Shown here: in pieces, positions 19,058 through 31,900 of the stretch
Layout of the letters: each line of letters starts with the position of its first letter
How positions within the stretch are numbered: the stretch's first letter is position 1
Source of the DNA: Verrucomicrobiota bacterium
GTDB taxonomy: Bacteria > Verrucomicrobiota > Verrucomicrobiia > Limisphaerales > AAA164-E04
Length of the DNA: 64,000 nt
Assembly: GCA_047947115.1 (NCBI GenBank)
Contig: CP170459.1
Coordinates: 2,592,001 to 2,656,000 of the forward strand
Reading direction: 5' to 3'
Program-made: the position numbers and the translations under genes
The notes under the pieces: model-generated
The model's input: the letters and a program-made list of their open reading frames with translations, nothing else
Database searches by the model: none
Told to the model about the DNA's origin: nothing

Positions 19058-20761
19058 ATGGACACCTGTTTTAAAGAAATGCGCCGCTTCCCCTTGACCA
19101 CAATGGCTCTCTGCCTGCTGATTTGCTACTACGGATTCGGTGAGGAATCAACGATTCGATTTTCCGATTTGACCGAGTCCAGCGGCTTGTTTTTTCAGCA
19201 CCACACTGATTCGCGGGGTAGGCTCATGCTCCCCGAGATCACCGGTTCCGGTGGCGCGGCGTTCGATTATGATCAAGATGGTGACATGGATCTTTACCTG
19301 GTTCAAGGCGCAGTCCTTGACATGCGAATGGCGGATCCTAGCCCTTCGGTATTTCGTGACCGCCTTTTTCGGAATGACTTAAAGGGGGGCGAAGTTCGTT
19401 GGACCGATGTTACGGAGGCGAGCTGCATTCCAGCGGGCGGTTATGGCATGGGAGTGGCCAGCGGTGATTATAATAAAGACGGATGGATAGATCTCTACGT
19501 GACCAATCTAGGTCGGAATTTCCTATTGAAAAATCTCGGAAACGGTCGGTTTGAGGAAGTCGCCTTGGTCGCAGGTGTGGCCGATCCGGGGTGGGGGACG
19601 AGCGCAGTCTTTGTAGATTTCGATCGCGATGGCTGGCTTGACTTGTTTGTCGTCAATTACCTGGTTTTCTCGGCAGAATGGGACCGTCGGTGCTACGCAC
19701 GGAACAGCGCCTTGGATTTCTGCGGGCCCAGCGCCTATGAGCCCGCGCCTGATCGCCTCTTCCGTAACTTGGGTAATGGTTCCTTTGAAAACGTCACTTC
19801 GCAAATGGGCTTTGACGCCGCTCATGGGCCGGGGCTTGGGGTGGTCGCGGGGGACTGGGACCTCAATGGCTTTCCAGACATCTATGTCGCGAACGATGGC
19901 GCTCGCAATCAACTGTGGCTCTCTCAAGGAACTGATCGCCCTTTTAAGGATGTGGCTCTGCTTTACGGGGCGGCGGTTAACGGCATGGGCGCGCCGGAGG
20001 CGGGGATGGGCGTAGATTCCGCGGATTTTGACAATGACGGCGACGAAGATCTTTTTCTCGCTCATCTCATGACTGAGTCTAACACACTCTACGTGAATAA
20101 CGGCAAGGCGTTGTTCGATGACAGAACGATTGCTTTGAACTTGCATGCGTCGAGCCTGAACCACACCGGATTCGGCGCCGGATGGGCGGATTTCGACTCA
20201 GACGGTTGGCTGGATCTGTTGGTCGCCAATGGCGGCGTCAAGACTATGGGTAAGCCGGTCACGTCCCGACTCAATCCCATGGCGCAACCCAATCTGGTTT
20301 TTCGTAACTTGAATGGAAATCGATTCGACCCTATCAGCCAAGCATTTCCGGGCGAGTTGCCACAATCGAGTCGTGGCGCCATTTTTGGAGATTATGATAA
20401 CGACGGTGACGTAGATGTTGTGATTTCCAACAACGGTGGAACTGCTGAGTATTGGTCCAATGTCTCCAACCATTCCCACCATTGGATCGGGTTTCAGTTG
20501 CGCGATCCAAGCCTTCGCTCAACTTCTTTGGCTCGGGTGAAGCTCACTTCCCTCTCGCCTGACGCATCGCCGCTCACGCGCTGGGCCCGCGTCGATGGGA
20601 GTTATTGCTCTGCTCGGGATCCGCGTGTTTTGGTGGGACTTGGTTTGTTTAACGCGGATTGTCGAGTGGAGGTGACATGGCCTGACGGGGCTGCCGAGGT
20701 CTGGGGGCCTTTGAGTCCTGATCGATATTGGATTCTTGAAAGACGTTCGCGCATCGATTAA
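19058..20761 (+). CDS. CRTAC1 family protein (FG-GAP/VCBS repeats + ASPIC-UnbV domain)
   Basis: Repeated DxDxDGxxDL motifs; AGMGVD; C-terminal GSYCSARDPRVLVGLG...VTWPDG. Confidence 0.9.
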   Translation: MDTCFKEMRRFPLTTMALCLLICYYGFGEESTIRFSDLTESSGLFFQHHTDSRGRLMLPEITGSGGAAFDYDQDGDMDLYLVQGAVLDMRMADPSPSVFRDRLFRNDLKGGEVRWTDVTEASCIPAGGYGMGVASGDYNKDGWIDLYVTNLGRNFLLKNLGNGRFEEVALVAGVADPGWGTSAVFVDFDRDGWLDLFVVNYLVFSAEWDRRCYARNSALDFCGPSAYEPAPDRLFRNLGNGSFENVTSQMGFDAAHGPGLGVVAGDWDLNGFPDIYVANDGARNQLWLSQGTDRPFKDVALLYGAAVNGMGAPEAGMGVDSADFDNDGDEDLFLAHLMTESNTLYVNNGKALFDDRTIALNLHASSLNHTGFGAGWADFDSDGWLDLLVANGGVKTMGKPVTSRLNPMAQPNLVFRNLNGNRFDPISQAFPGELPQSSRGAIFGDYDNDGDVDVVISNNGGTAEYWSNVSNHSHHWIGFQLRDPSLRSTSLARVKLTSLSPDASPLTRWARVDGSYCSARDPRVLVGLGLFNADCRVEVTWPDGAAEVWGPLSPDRYWILERRSRID

Positions 20762-20776
20762 GGGTATTCGTTAATC

Positions 20777-22351
20777 ATGTGTTTATTTATGTTTTGCCAC
20801 AGTTTTCCATGGATGGGGCCCGCGCTGGCTGTCACGTTGGTAAATCTTTCCATTTCTGCCCTGGTTGCTCAATCATCGGAGGTTTTTACTAAGCCTGCGC
20901 TGATCACTGTTTTGCCGCCTGCTCTCGACGGATTGGAGGAAGCGGTGGCTAATCAAATTCAGGATGTTCAGATTCAACTCGGGGACCATGCCCTTGCGAG
21001 CACCACCCCACCTGACGAGGTAATGGAGTCATTTGGTCTGATGGGGCGTATTTACCATGCTTATGAATTTTTTGAATCTGCCGAAAGTTGCTACATCAAC
21101 GCGTCCAGGTTGGCGCCGCAGGATTATCGATGGCCGCACTTGCTGGGTGATTTGTCGGAGAAGCAGGGGGATCTTGAGAAAGCTGTCTTGAGTTTCAGGA
21201 AAGCTCTGGAGTTGAATCGCGAAAACGTTTCATCTCAAGTTCGACTCGGTCGCGTGCTGTTGGGCTTGAATCAATTGGGCGAGGCGCGGGAGGTCCTTGA
21301 AGCTGCTTTGAAATCAGGCTCCGATGTGGCGGCGGCGGCTCAAAGCCTGGGTGAGTTGGCTTTGGCAGAAGAGCGTTATGAAAACGCACTGAGTTATTTA
21401 CAACAGGCATTGAAGTCGCAACCCGCTGCTAACCGGTTGCATTATCTCATTGGTATGGCGTATCGAGGATTGGGGCGCCTGGATTTGGCGGAAAAGGCGC
21501 TTGGCCAAAGTGGCATAGTCGGAATAAGACCCAGCGATACTTTAGTTGATGAGTTGCCTGAGCTTCTTGCTGGCGAGCGCGTTTTTCTCATTCGAGGACG
21601 CGTTGCTTTCGGTGCGGGCAGGTTTCAGGAGGCTGTGGACGCCTTCAAGCAGGCCCTTGACGCCGCGCCCAGGAGTTTGCGAGCGATGATCAATTTGGCC
21701 AGCGCTTACGAGAGGAATAACGAACCTCAGGAAGCCAAGAAATGGTTTCGACGCGCCTTGGCTATAGAGCCGGACAATTTTAATGCTCACTTCAATTTAG
21801 GTGTGGTTCTCAAGCAGGAGCGGCGATTCGACGAATCGATCATGCATTTAAGTCGTGCGCATGATATTCAGCCAAATGACGTGCAAAACATATGGGAGTG
21901 GGCCCAGGCCTTGTACGAAAATGGCATGCACGACGAAGCGATAGTCCGGCTTTTTGGCTTAGCGGCCAAGGCCCCGGGTGAGGAGAACGTAGTGTTGCAA
22001 TTGGCGGTTTACTTGGTGGAATCGGAACGCCACGCCGAGGCAAAATATGTGCTGACCCAGGCCCATTTGCTCTTTCCTGATCGCGGGTTGACTGCGACGG
22101 CTCTGGCGCGATTCCTGGTGACCTGCCCGGATGATGACTTGCGCGATGCGGTTGTGGCAATTCCACTGGCCGCCCGAGTTTATCACGCGCAACCCTCTAT
22201 CGCACACGCCGAAATTTTGGTGCTGGCCTTGGTGGAGGCTGGCCGTAAGCAGGACGCGGTAAATTTTCTGAGCCAACGGCTTGCTCAAGCTGATGAGGTC
22301 GACAACAATTTGAAGCCGCTGCAGGCTTTGCTTTCATCATTGAAGGATTGA
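20777..22351 (+). CDS. Secreted tetratricopeptide repeat protein
   Basis: Multiple TPR units (e.g. AHFNLGVVL, FRRALAIEPDN); signal peptide; 15 bp downstream of the CRTAC1 gene. Confidence 0.88.
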   Translation: MCLFMFCHSFPWMGPALAVTLVNLSISALVAQSSEVFTKPALITVLPPALDGLEEAVANQIQDVQIQLGDHALASTTPPDEVMESFGLMGRIYHAYEFFESAESCYINASRLAPQDYRWPHLLGDLSEKQGDLEKAVLSFRKALELNRENVSSQVRLGRVLLGLNQLGEAREVLEAALKSGSDVAAAAQSLGELALAEERYENALSYLQQALKSQPAANRLHYLIGMAYRGLGRLDLAEKALGQSGIVGIRPSDTLVDELPELLAGERVFLIRGRVAFGAGRFQEAVDAFKQALDAAPRSLRAMINLASAYERNNEPQEAKKWFRRALAIEPDNFNAHFNLGVVLKQERRFDESIMHLSRAHDIQPNDVQNIWEWAQALYENGMHDEAIVRLFGLAAKAPGEENVVLQLAVYLVESERHAEAKYVLTQAHLLFPDRGLTATALARFLVTCPDDDLRDAVVAIPLAARVYHAQPSIAHAEILVLALVEAGRKQDAVNFLSQRLAQADEVDNNLKPLQALLSSLKD

Positions 22352-22621
22352 GCCCCGTGGTGAACACCGTCTGTTCCGCATCGGCTAAAAAGAGGGGTCT
22401 TGCCCCTTTTGAACATTGCATCATCATGGTGTCTATGCCCTGGCCGAGTTGCTGCCCAGCTTTGGGTGGCTTGGTTAAAGGCGTTGGTTTTTATATTCTT
22501 ATCTCTGGTCGAAAAGCCGTAACACAGATCTGTTGATGGTGTTCCAGAGTCAAGTCTCGCATTGGTAATTATCGCACTTGTAGTTACTTAAATCCCGCCG
22601 CGACGAAATAATCTTGTTGCG

Positions 22622-23318
22622 CTAGTGTAGCCCGGCAATCAGACTGCGTATTAAGAATGTTCTCACGGCCACGTTTGACTTTTTCAAGAATATCTGTATC
22701 GGTGGCTGTCCAGATAAATGGTTTGGGATTCTTGTTGTGATGAGTAATGTGTGATTCGATTGTGCGGATCAAATCCTTAACGTTTTGAAACGCGCCTTAT
22801 CTGATGGTGTTGACTGTCGGGTTTCGGAAAAACCGTTCCACCATGTTCAACCATGAAGCACTGGTTGGCGTAAAGTGGAAATGGAATCGACGGTGTCTCT
22901 TTAGCCACGCTTTCACTTTGGAGTGTTTATGGGTTGCGTAATTGTCGCAGATCAAGTGGATCTGTTTCCCTTTGGGCGTTGATCTGTTAATCGAGTTAAG
23001 AAACCGAATCCACTCCTGATGCCGGTGCTTGTTCATGCAGGTTCCGATGATATTACCGTCAGCAGTGTTCATGGCTGCGAACAGGGATGTCGTTCTGTTC
23101 CGCTTGTAATCATGTGTCATTGTCCGCAGTCGTCCCTTCTTCATCGGTAGACCAGTTTGAGTCCTGTCTAGGGCTTGAATTTGACTCTTCTCGTCACACG
23201 AGAAAACCAACGCATGCTCAGGAGGATTGAGGTAGAGACCAACAATCTCTTCAAGTTTTTCTTGAAATTGTTTGTCGTTTGAAAGTTTGAATGATTTTAC
23301 GCGGTGTGGTTTGAGGTG
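22622..23318 (-). mobile_element. IS630-family 3' fragment (DDE domain, internal stop)
   Basis: [49 protein letters not shown]; end ...TACACTAG at 22622. Confidence 0.85.
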
Positions 23319-23354
23319 GCCCCGGGAGTTCGGCCACGGAGTGGCTGAATTAAT

Positions 23355-24297
23355 CTGATCGGTGTTGACAATATCGGGCATTTTCTTGGCCTTGGACAAC
23401 GCTTCGTCCAAGGCTTCCACACAGAACCTTTCATCCATCGTATTGGACAGCTTCCAGGACAGCACTTTGCGAGAATACCAATCCATGACGGCCACCAAAT
23501 ACAGATGCCCATATTTCATCGGGATGTAGGTAATGTCCGCGCACCAGACTTGATCTGGTCGTTCAATCTCAATGTCCTTCAACAAATAAGGGTAACGCTT
23601 GCTCTCCCTGTTAGGGATGCTCAAACGCGGCTTACGGTAGATGGCTTGGATGCCCATTTGCTTCATCAATCCGCTGACCCGCTTTCGGCCGATCGGGATG
23701 CCGTCCCTTTTCAGCGTGGCCATCATTCGTCGTGCTCCAAAGGTTGGATCGATCATGTGGATCTCGTCGATTCTTCGACACAATTTCAGCTTTTCAGCCG
23801 ACGGAGCCTTGGGCTTGTATTGCGCGGTGGATCGGGCGATGCACAGAGGTTGGTAATGTCGCCGTTGACTTAGCTGGTTGCAGTTGAGCTCGATCCTTTC
23901 TCGTCGATGTCCAAGCTTAACTGTACGCACTTTTTTCGCAGCCACTCCACCTCCATGGTTAGCTGGCCAATCTCGGCTCTCTGCTTGTCGCGTTCCTCGG
24001 TGAAGTCCTCCTGATCCTTACTTTGACTTCCCTTTTCGAAAGCGGAATCCAGGTTGCCCAGCAGTTGCCTTTCCCAGTCGCTGATCTGGGCTGTATGGCC
24101 TCGTAGTCGGCTCCGATCTCCGAGGCATTTTTGATTTCCTTCACGGTCTCTAGGGCCACCTTGGCTTTGAATTTCGCGCTGTGGCGTCGTCTTTTCTTCT
24201 TGCTCATTTGGTTTTGTCCATTGACTTGCGTCATCCTACAAAACCCTCGCTAACGTTCAATTCAGCTTAACCTCTGGCCCAGTTTTCCGGCCCCCCT
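23355..24297 (-). mobile_element. IS3-family 5' fragment (frameshifted orfA, truncated orfB)
   Basis: orfA RRRHSAKFKAKVALE; orfB YPYLL...[22 protein letters not shown]...NTDQ; IS3-like end near 24270-24297. Confidence 0.85.
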
Positions 24298-24350
24298 AAA
24301 ATTCAGTGATGTTTGTTGACAAAACAATTTTGAGAGGGATAAGGTGACGC

Positions 24351-25703
24351 ATGTCAAGGAGTACAACCCTAACTATCTTAACTTTTTTTACAATTGCAGT
24401 ATGCAATAGTGACCTTCGTGCTGACCAGTTGTTTAATGACGATGCCATTGTGAAGGGCAGCTTGGCCGTCGGTGTTGATGCCGTAAACGGCGAAAACTTT
24501 GGCTATGATACCATTCGCCTCAAAGAGAATAATCTCCGCATAGCGTTCATTGACACTAGTACCAGCTCAAGCTTTCCTACAGTCGATTGGGAAATCATGA
24601 TCAACGACAGCGCTAACGGTGGTGCTAATCATTTTTCGATTATTAACAGATCAAGAGATAACAAACCTTTTCGTATTTTCGATGGCGCGAAAGACTCGGC
24701 CTTGGTGCTGGGAGCCAACAGTTACATTGGCGTGGGGACCTCTAACCCCGTTCAGACACTGCACATGACAGACGGTAACTCGCCCTCCATTCGGTTGGAT
24801 CAGACATCGGCGGCTGGTTTCACGGCCCAGGTCTGGGACGTGGCGGGTAACGAAGCGAATTTCTTTATTCGCGACGCCACACACCAAACATTGCCTTTCA
24901 AAATTGAACCTCTAGCGCCCGATAATTCTTTTGTAGTTGATAGCGGTGGTCAAGTCGGACTTGGGGTCCGTTCGCCAATGGCTAAACTTCATGTCACTGG
25001 CAGCGGCTTGTTCGAATCGAATCTGACCTCCCAAGCGACAATCTCCGGAGTCACCGGATCTTTCTCTGGAAATCTTACCTCCCAAGCGACAGTGAGTGGA
25101 GTGAGTGGATTTTTTTCCGGAGCCGCCTCGGGGGCTACAGCTTCACCGGATGCGGATGAATTAGTCGTTGAGAATAATGCCGATGCCGGTATTTCTATCT
25201 TGACGCCTTCGGGTAAAAACGGACATTTATACTTTGGCGATCCCTCCAGTCCCACCCAAGGTGGCATGTCTTACAAACGTACTCGCGTTGGTGATCAGTT
25301 ATTCCTGAGGGTTGCAGGGTCTAATTCTATCATCGTCGGTCAAAATGGTACCATTACTACACTCACAGGGGCAACTCTCTCCGCCGGCGGTTCATGGACA
25401 GATGCTTCAAGCTTAGAGTTGAAACAGGACATTGCAGATCTATCGGGAGATGAAGCCTTGCGAGCTCTAACCAAAATGAGGCCCGTTACCTTTGCTTATA
25501 AAACAGATCCATCTGAACAGAAAGTTGGTTTTATAGCTGAGGAGGTTCCGGACTTGGTGGCTAACAACGATCGGAAAGGACTTTCTCCGATGGACATAAT
25601 AGGGGTTTTGACTCGGGTTGTCCAAATCCAAGAGGAACGAATAAACGTCCAAAGAGCTGAACTGGACGATTTACAAGCCAAAATCAAGGATCTTCACCGC
25701 TAA
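24351..25703 (+). CDS. Secreted fibre-like protein with C-terminal peptidase S74 intramolecular chaperone domain
   Basis: Signal peptide; IGVGTSNP / VGLGVRSP fibre repeats; ASSLELKQDI...PVTFAYK...GFIAEEVP followed by coiled coil. Confidence 0.82.
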   Translation: MSRSTTLTILTFFTIAVCNSDLRADQLFNDDAIVKGSLAVGVDAVNGENFGYDTIRLKENNLRIAFIDTSTSSSFPTVDWEIMINDSANGGANHFSIINRSRDNKPFRIFDGAKDSALVLGANSYIGVGTSNPVQTLHMTDGNSPSIRLDQTSAAGFTAQVWDVAGNEANFFIRDATHQTLPFKIEPLAPDNSFVVDSGGQVGLGVRSPMAKLHVTGSGLFESNLTSQATISGVTGSFSGNLTSQATVSGVSGFFSGAASGATASPDADELVVENNADAGISILTPSGKNGHLYFGDPSSPTQGGMSYKRTRVGDQLFLRVAGSNSIIVGQNGTITTLTGATLSAGGSWTDASSLELKQDIADLSGDEALRALTKMRPVTFAYKTDPSEQKVGFIAEEVPDLVANNDRKGLSPMDIIGVLTRVVQIQEERINVQRAELDDLQAKIKDLHR

Positions 25704-25914
25704 AATCAACATTAAATCGAACTCGGTATCGACTTCTTAACAAGTCAAATTCAGGTATCGAGCAGAAAAGCCTTTCCCTAGGAAACGATCGTGATGACAG
25801 GGATCCCTTCATGTGGATATGCCTGTATCGGATTATTTGTTCAATTGGGGGGGGCACAGATTGTAGCTTCCGACGCATATCATACCTCGTTTTTATTGCT
25901 ATATTTACACCATC

Positions 25915-28900
25915 ATGCACCGTTTATCTCGTTACCGTGGATTGCTGGCTGGGAATCATTGCTTGAATCATTTGTTTCGGCTGTGGATCATTGTTTTCGT
26001 GGGGGGCTCATTACCAGGAATTTCGGTTTTTGCCCAGAATTTCAGTAAAACTTTTTCCCCTACCACTATTGCAGTCGGGAATCCATCCACGCTGACTTTC
26101 ACCATCGACAACTCCTCTGGCTCGGTTGTCGTTAACGACCCGACTTTTACCGACACTTTGCCCGCCGGCATGGTGGTCGCTAATCCGGCCAATATCAGTC
26201 ATTCTGGATTGACTCGCGATGGCGAGGGAGTGACGATTACTGCCACGCCGGGCTCTGGTTCAGTCGCGCTCGCCACCACTGGCATCTCTATCCCTATCGG
26301 TGCTACCTCGACGATTAGCGTTGACGTCACGGCTACAGCCGGCGCCGGGGCGTACCTATCTAATTCGACCACCCTGACTCATGCAGGGGGAGTCATTGGC
26401 TCCGGTTCGTCCACTCTCAATGTGGTCCAACCAACGACCACTTTCACGAAAGCCTTTTCTCCTTCCACCATTGACTTTGGCGGTACATCGACGCTGACCT
26501 ACACAATCGACAATTCAGCGAACGCTTCCGCAATCAACACGATGGCTTTTGCCGAAAACCTCCCGGAAGGATTGATTGTGGCGGATCCCCCGAACGTCAC
26601 TTACTCCGGCATTACGGAATACCGAGCAGGAATCACTCCAACCATAACGGCTGTCGCTGGGAGTGATTTGATAAGTTTTTCTGCGTCTGGTGTTCATTAC
26701 GTCTATACCCCTTCTTTTCAAACAGTGCAAAATTTTGAAGTGCTTGCGGGCGCTACCGCCACTATTTCGGTCGACGTCCAGGCAACTGCTGTTTGGGGCT
26801 CTCTTGTGAATACGTCAGGAGCCTTTACATCTTCGCAAGGAAACTCCGGAGTCGCCACTGCGACCCTAACGGTCAATCCGCCTGACGAATTGTATCTGAC
26901 CAAAGAGTTCATTGTGAATCCGGCAGTCCCAGGAGGAACCTCCCAGATTAAGTACACAATCACGAATCTTAATCGCGATTACACGATCACGAATATCGCT
27001 TTCACGGACGATTTGGATGCCGCGCTATCCGGCTTGGTCGCGACTGGATTGCCGGCCACGGACATATGTGGAGTGGGTTCCAGCTTGACGGGAACGAGTG
27101 TCATAACTCTCAGCGGCGGCAGTTTGGGGTCCGGGGAATCCTGTGAATTCACCGTAAACTTGAGCATTCCCTCAGGCGCAGGTGGCACATATACTTCCAC
27201 TACCAGCGGGATCACCGGCACGATGAACTCTGGCTCTGTGGCTTTTTCGGCGGCCTCGGATGACCTTATTGTCAAGCCGCTGCCTGAGATTACAACAGCC
27301 TTTGCCAGTTCAGTTAGTCAGGGCGGCATAGCCACGCTTCAAGTTACCGTTTCGAATACCAGCGCGTCTCATAGCGCGGACGACATCTATTTCACGATTC
27401 CAGTTGGTAATTTCTACGACGGTGCCACGGTGGCGGCGCTTCCAAGTGCAAACTTTATGGGAACGGGATCCACTGCCACAACAACCGCTCTTGCTGGCCC
27501 TATTCATACCCATATCGTCGTCCAAAATGGCTCATTGGCGGCGGGAGCGAACGGCGTGTTTACGGTGGATATTCAACTGCCAAGCAATGGTCCCAGTGGA
27601 CCTATAACTCACACGGTGGATGACCTAAAGGCAACGGTGAACAGCGAAAACCTAAGTGGAGCCTCCGCCAGCGCGACCCTGACTGTTTTGCCTGTGGTGC
27701 AGATGACGAAATCCTTTAGCGCACCGGTGATTCCGGGCAACACCGTTGATGTGACTTACACTCTTTCACTCGATACCTCATCACCCACAGATGCTACTGA
27801 TATTTCATTCAGCGATGACTTGAATGCGTCACTAACAGGCTTGACCGCGACTGGATTGCCAGTCTACGACATCTGTGGGGTGGGGTCTAGCCTTGGTGGC
27901 ACGAGCACGATCACTTTCACCGGAGGCACACTTTCACCCGGAGACTCACGCGAGATCACCGTGACATTGCAAGTTCCGGCAGGGGGCGCCATTGGAGATT
28001 ACGTTGGCACGAGCTCGGCGGTCTCGGCGACGATCGCTTCCGCTTCCTCGAGCGGTCCAGCCGCTTCCGCGACTCTTGAGGTGGTTCCCGATTTTGCCCT
28101 CACCCAAGCTTATGTGGGGAGTCCTTATTTGCCCGGTGATACCGTTACATTGCGATATACACTAACCAACAATACTGCCGAAAACGCTACTTCTATTACT
28201 TTCAAAGACGATCTTACAGACATCCTTTTTGGCGTCGTTCCGAATGAAAGTTTTCCGATTAGCAATCCTTGTGGCGTAGGCTCCTCCTTATCCTACGATA
28301 CGACTAAAGATGAACTCACGTTCGCCGGAGGGTCGTTGGACGCGGGAACTTCTTGGACATTCGACTTAACCTATGATTTGCCGCCGACAGGACTTGCCGA
28401 GGGTCAATATTCCCATGTGACCTCCGCTGTAGATTTAGTTTTTTCTTCAATTAATTTCAGAACAGCCGCTGCCTCAGCTGGTTTTGAGATTACCAGTCCG
28501 ACTCCACCCAGTGTCTCGATCAATCAAGCTTCAGGGCAGCCTGATCCAACGGGCACTGAACCGGTTCTTTTCACCGCGATCTTCTCCGAAGCGGTTAGCG
28601 GTTTTAACTCCAGTTCGGACGTTATCGTGACTGGAAGCGCTGGCTTGTTCGCAAATACGATCCTGATTACTGAAATGTCGCCTAATAACGGAACGACTTA
28701 TCAAGTGTCGGTAGGAGGATTGTCGGGAGAAAACACAGGGGGTGTTTCCGTTGCAATACCTTCTGGTGTAGCGACTGCAATTTCTAACTCCCTCGGAAAT
28801 AATGCCAGCACGAGCACGGATAACGTTGTCGTGTTTGAAGGCGATCGCGTGGTCCCTGCCTTGAGTCTTAGCATCTCGGAAGCCTATATTTCCGAAAATG

Positions 28901-31900
28901 GAGGAAGCTCGCAGGCAACTGTGACACGCAACACAGATACAACGAATCCGTTGACGGTTAACTTGGTCAGCGACAATGCAGGCGAAGCCACAGTCCCTGC
29001 CACCGTCACTATTCTTGCCGGCCAAAGTTCTGCTGTTTTTACGATAAATGGTGCGGACGAATCGTTGGTGGATTTGACTGAAACCGTCAAGATTACCGCC
29101 TCTGCCACTGGCTTTAAGCCCGGATCCGATACCCTAGGTGTTACCAATGACGATGCGGCGACGCTGGCGATTAATGACGTCACCTTGAATGAAGGTGATG
29201 GCGGGGCGACAACCTACACTTTCTCGGTGACGTTGGACAAGGCGGTGGATACTGGCGTGAGCGTGAACTATGCGAGCGCGGACGGCACGGCGACAACGGC
29301 GGACAATGACTACACAACGAGTTCCGGAACGTTGAATTTCGCGGGAACCGCCGGAGAGACCCAGTCCTTGACGGTGACGGTGAACGGTGACACGCCCGTG
29401 GAATCCGACGAAGTGTTTGTGGTGAATCTATCGGGCGTGAATGCATCGGGGAGAGCCGTCACGATTTCAGACAGCCAAGGTGAGGGAACGATCACCAATG
29501 ACGATGCGGCGACACTAGCGATTAATGACGTCACCTTGAATGAAGGTGATAGCGGAACGACAACCTACACTTTCACGGTGACGTTGGACAAGGCGGTGGA
29601 TACTGGCGTGAGCGTGAACTATGCGAGCGCGGACGGCACGGCGACCACGGCGGACAATGACTACACAACGAGTTCCGGAACGTTGAATTTCGTGGGAACC
29701 GCCGGTGAGACCCAGTCCTTGACGGTGATGGTAAACGGTGACACTCCCGTAGAATCGGACGAGGTGTTTGTTGTGAATCTTTCTGGCGTGAGTGCATCGG
29801 GGAGAGCTGTCACCATTGCGGACAGTCAAGGCGAGGGAACGATCACCAATGACGATGTGGCGACGCTGGCGATTAATGACGTCACCCTGAATGAAGGAGA
29901 TAGCGGGACGACAACCTACACCTTCACGGTGACTCTAAACAATGACGTGGACACATCGGTGGGAGTGGATTACGCCACTTCGGACAACACCGCCACAACG
30001 GCCGACAGCGATTACACCTTCACCTCCGGGACATTAAATTTCTCCGGAGCCTCCGGTGAAACCGAGACATTGACCGTGACGGTGACTGGTGATGGAAAAG
30101 TGGAACTGGATCAGTCGTTTTTTGTGAATCTATCCAGCGTGAGTGCGTCGGGAAGAGCCGTCACCATTGCGGACAGTCAAGGCGAGGGCACGATTACCAA
30201 TGACGATGCCGCGACGCTGGCGATTGATGACGTTAGCTTGAATGAAGGAGATAGCGGGACGACAACCTACACTTTCTCGGTGACGTTGGACAAGGCGGTG
30301 GATACTGGCGTCAGCGTGAACTATGCGAGCGCGGACGGCACGGCGAAAACGGCGGACAATGACTACTTATCAAGTTCGGGAACGTTGAATTTCGCGGGAG
30401 CTGCCGGTGAAACGCAGTCCTTAACGGTGTCAGTGAACGGTGACATACTCGTGGAATCAGACGAGGTGTTTGTGCTGAATCTTTCAGGCGTCAGTGCATC
30501 GGGAAGAGACGTCACGATTTCGGACAGTCAAGGTGAGGGAACGATCACCAATGACGATGCGGCGACACTAGCGATTAATGACGTCACCTTGAATGAAGGT
30601 GATAGCGGGACGACAACCTACACTTTCTCGGTGACGCTGGACAAGGCGGTGGATACTGGCGTGAGCGTGAACTATGCGAGCGCGGACGGCACGGCGACAA
30701 CGGCGGACAATGACTATACAACGAGTTCCGGAACGTTGAATTTCGTGGGAACCGCCGGTGAGACCCAGTCCTTGACGGTGATGGTGAACGGTGACACGCC
30801 CGTAGAATTGGACGAAGTGTTTGTGGTGAATCTATCGGGCGTGAATGCATCGGGGAGAACTGTCATGATTTTGGACAGCCAAGGCAAGGGAACGATCACC
30901 AATGACGATGCCGCGACGCTGGCAATTGATGATGTCACCAACACGGAAGGTGATAGCGGGACAACGACCTATACTTTCACTGTGACGCTGAATAATGACG
31001 TGGACACTTCGGTGGGGGTGAATTACGCCACTTCGGACAACACAGCCAGAAGGGCCGACAGCGATTACACGTTCAGTTCCGGGACCTTGAATTTTTCGGG
31101 AAGATCCGGTGAAACCAAGACATTGACTGTTACGGTGAATGGAGATGGAAAAGTGGAATTGGGTGAGTCATTTTTTGTGAATCTCTCCGGTGTAAGCGCA
31201 TCGGGCAGAGCCATCACGATTTCGGACAGCCAAGGCGAGGGGACGATCACCAACGACGACGCGGCAACGCTGGCGATTGACAACGTCACCTCTAATGAAG
31301 GAAATACCGGGACGTCAACCTACACTTTCACGGTGACTTTGGACACGGCGGTGGATACTGGTGTCAGCGTGAACTATGCGAGTGCGGACGGCACGGCGAC
31401 AACGGCGGACAATGACTACACAGCGAATTCGGGAATCTTGAATTTCGCGGGAGCTGCTGGTGAAACGCGGACTTTGACGGTGATGGTGAACGGTGACACG
31501 GTCGTCGAATCGGACGAATTGTTTGTGGTGAATTTATTGGGCGTGAGTGCATCGGGAAGAGCCGTCACAATTGCGGATAGCCAAGGCGAGGGAACGATCA
31601 CCAATGACGATGCGGCGACACTAGCGATTAATGACGTCACCTTGAATGAAGGTGATAGCGGGACGTCAACCTACACTTTCACGGTGACGTTGGACAAGGC
31701 GGTGGATACTGGCGTGAGCGTGAACTATGCGAGCGCGGACGGCACGGCGACCACGGCGGACAATGACTACACAACGAGTTCCGGAACGTTGAATTTCGCG
31801 GGAACCGCCGGTGAGACCCAGTCCTTGACGGTGACAGTGAACGGTGACACGGTCGTGGAATTGGATGAGGTGTTTACGGTGAATCTTTCCGGGGTAAGTG

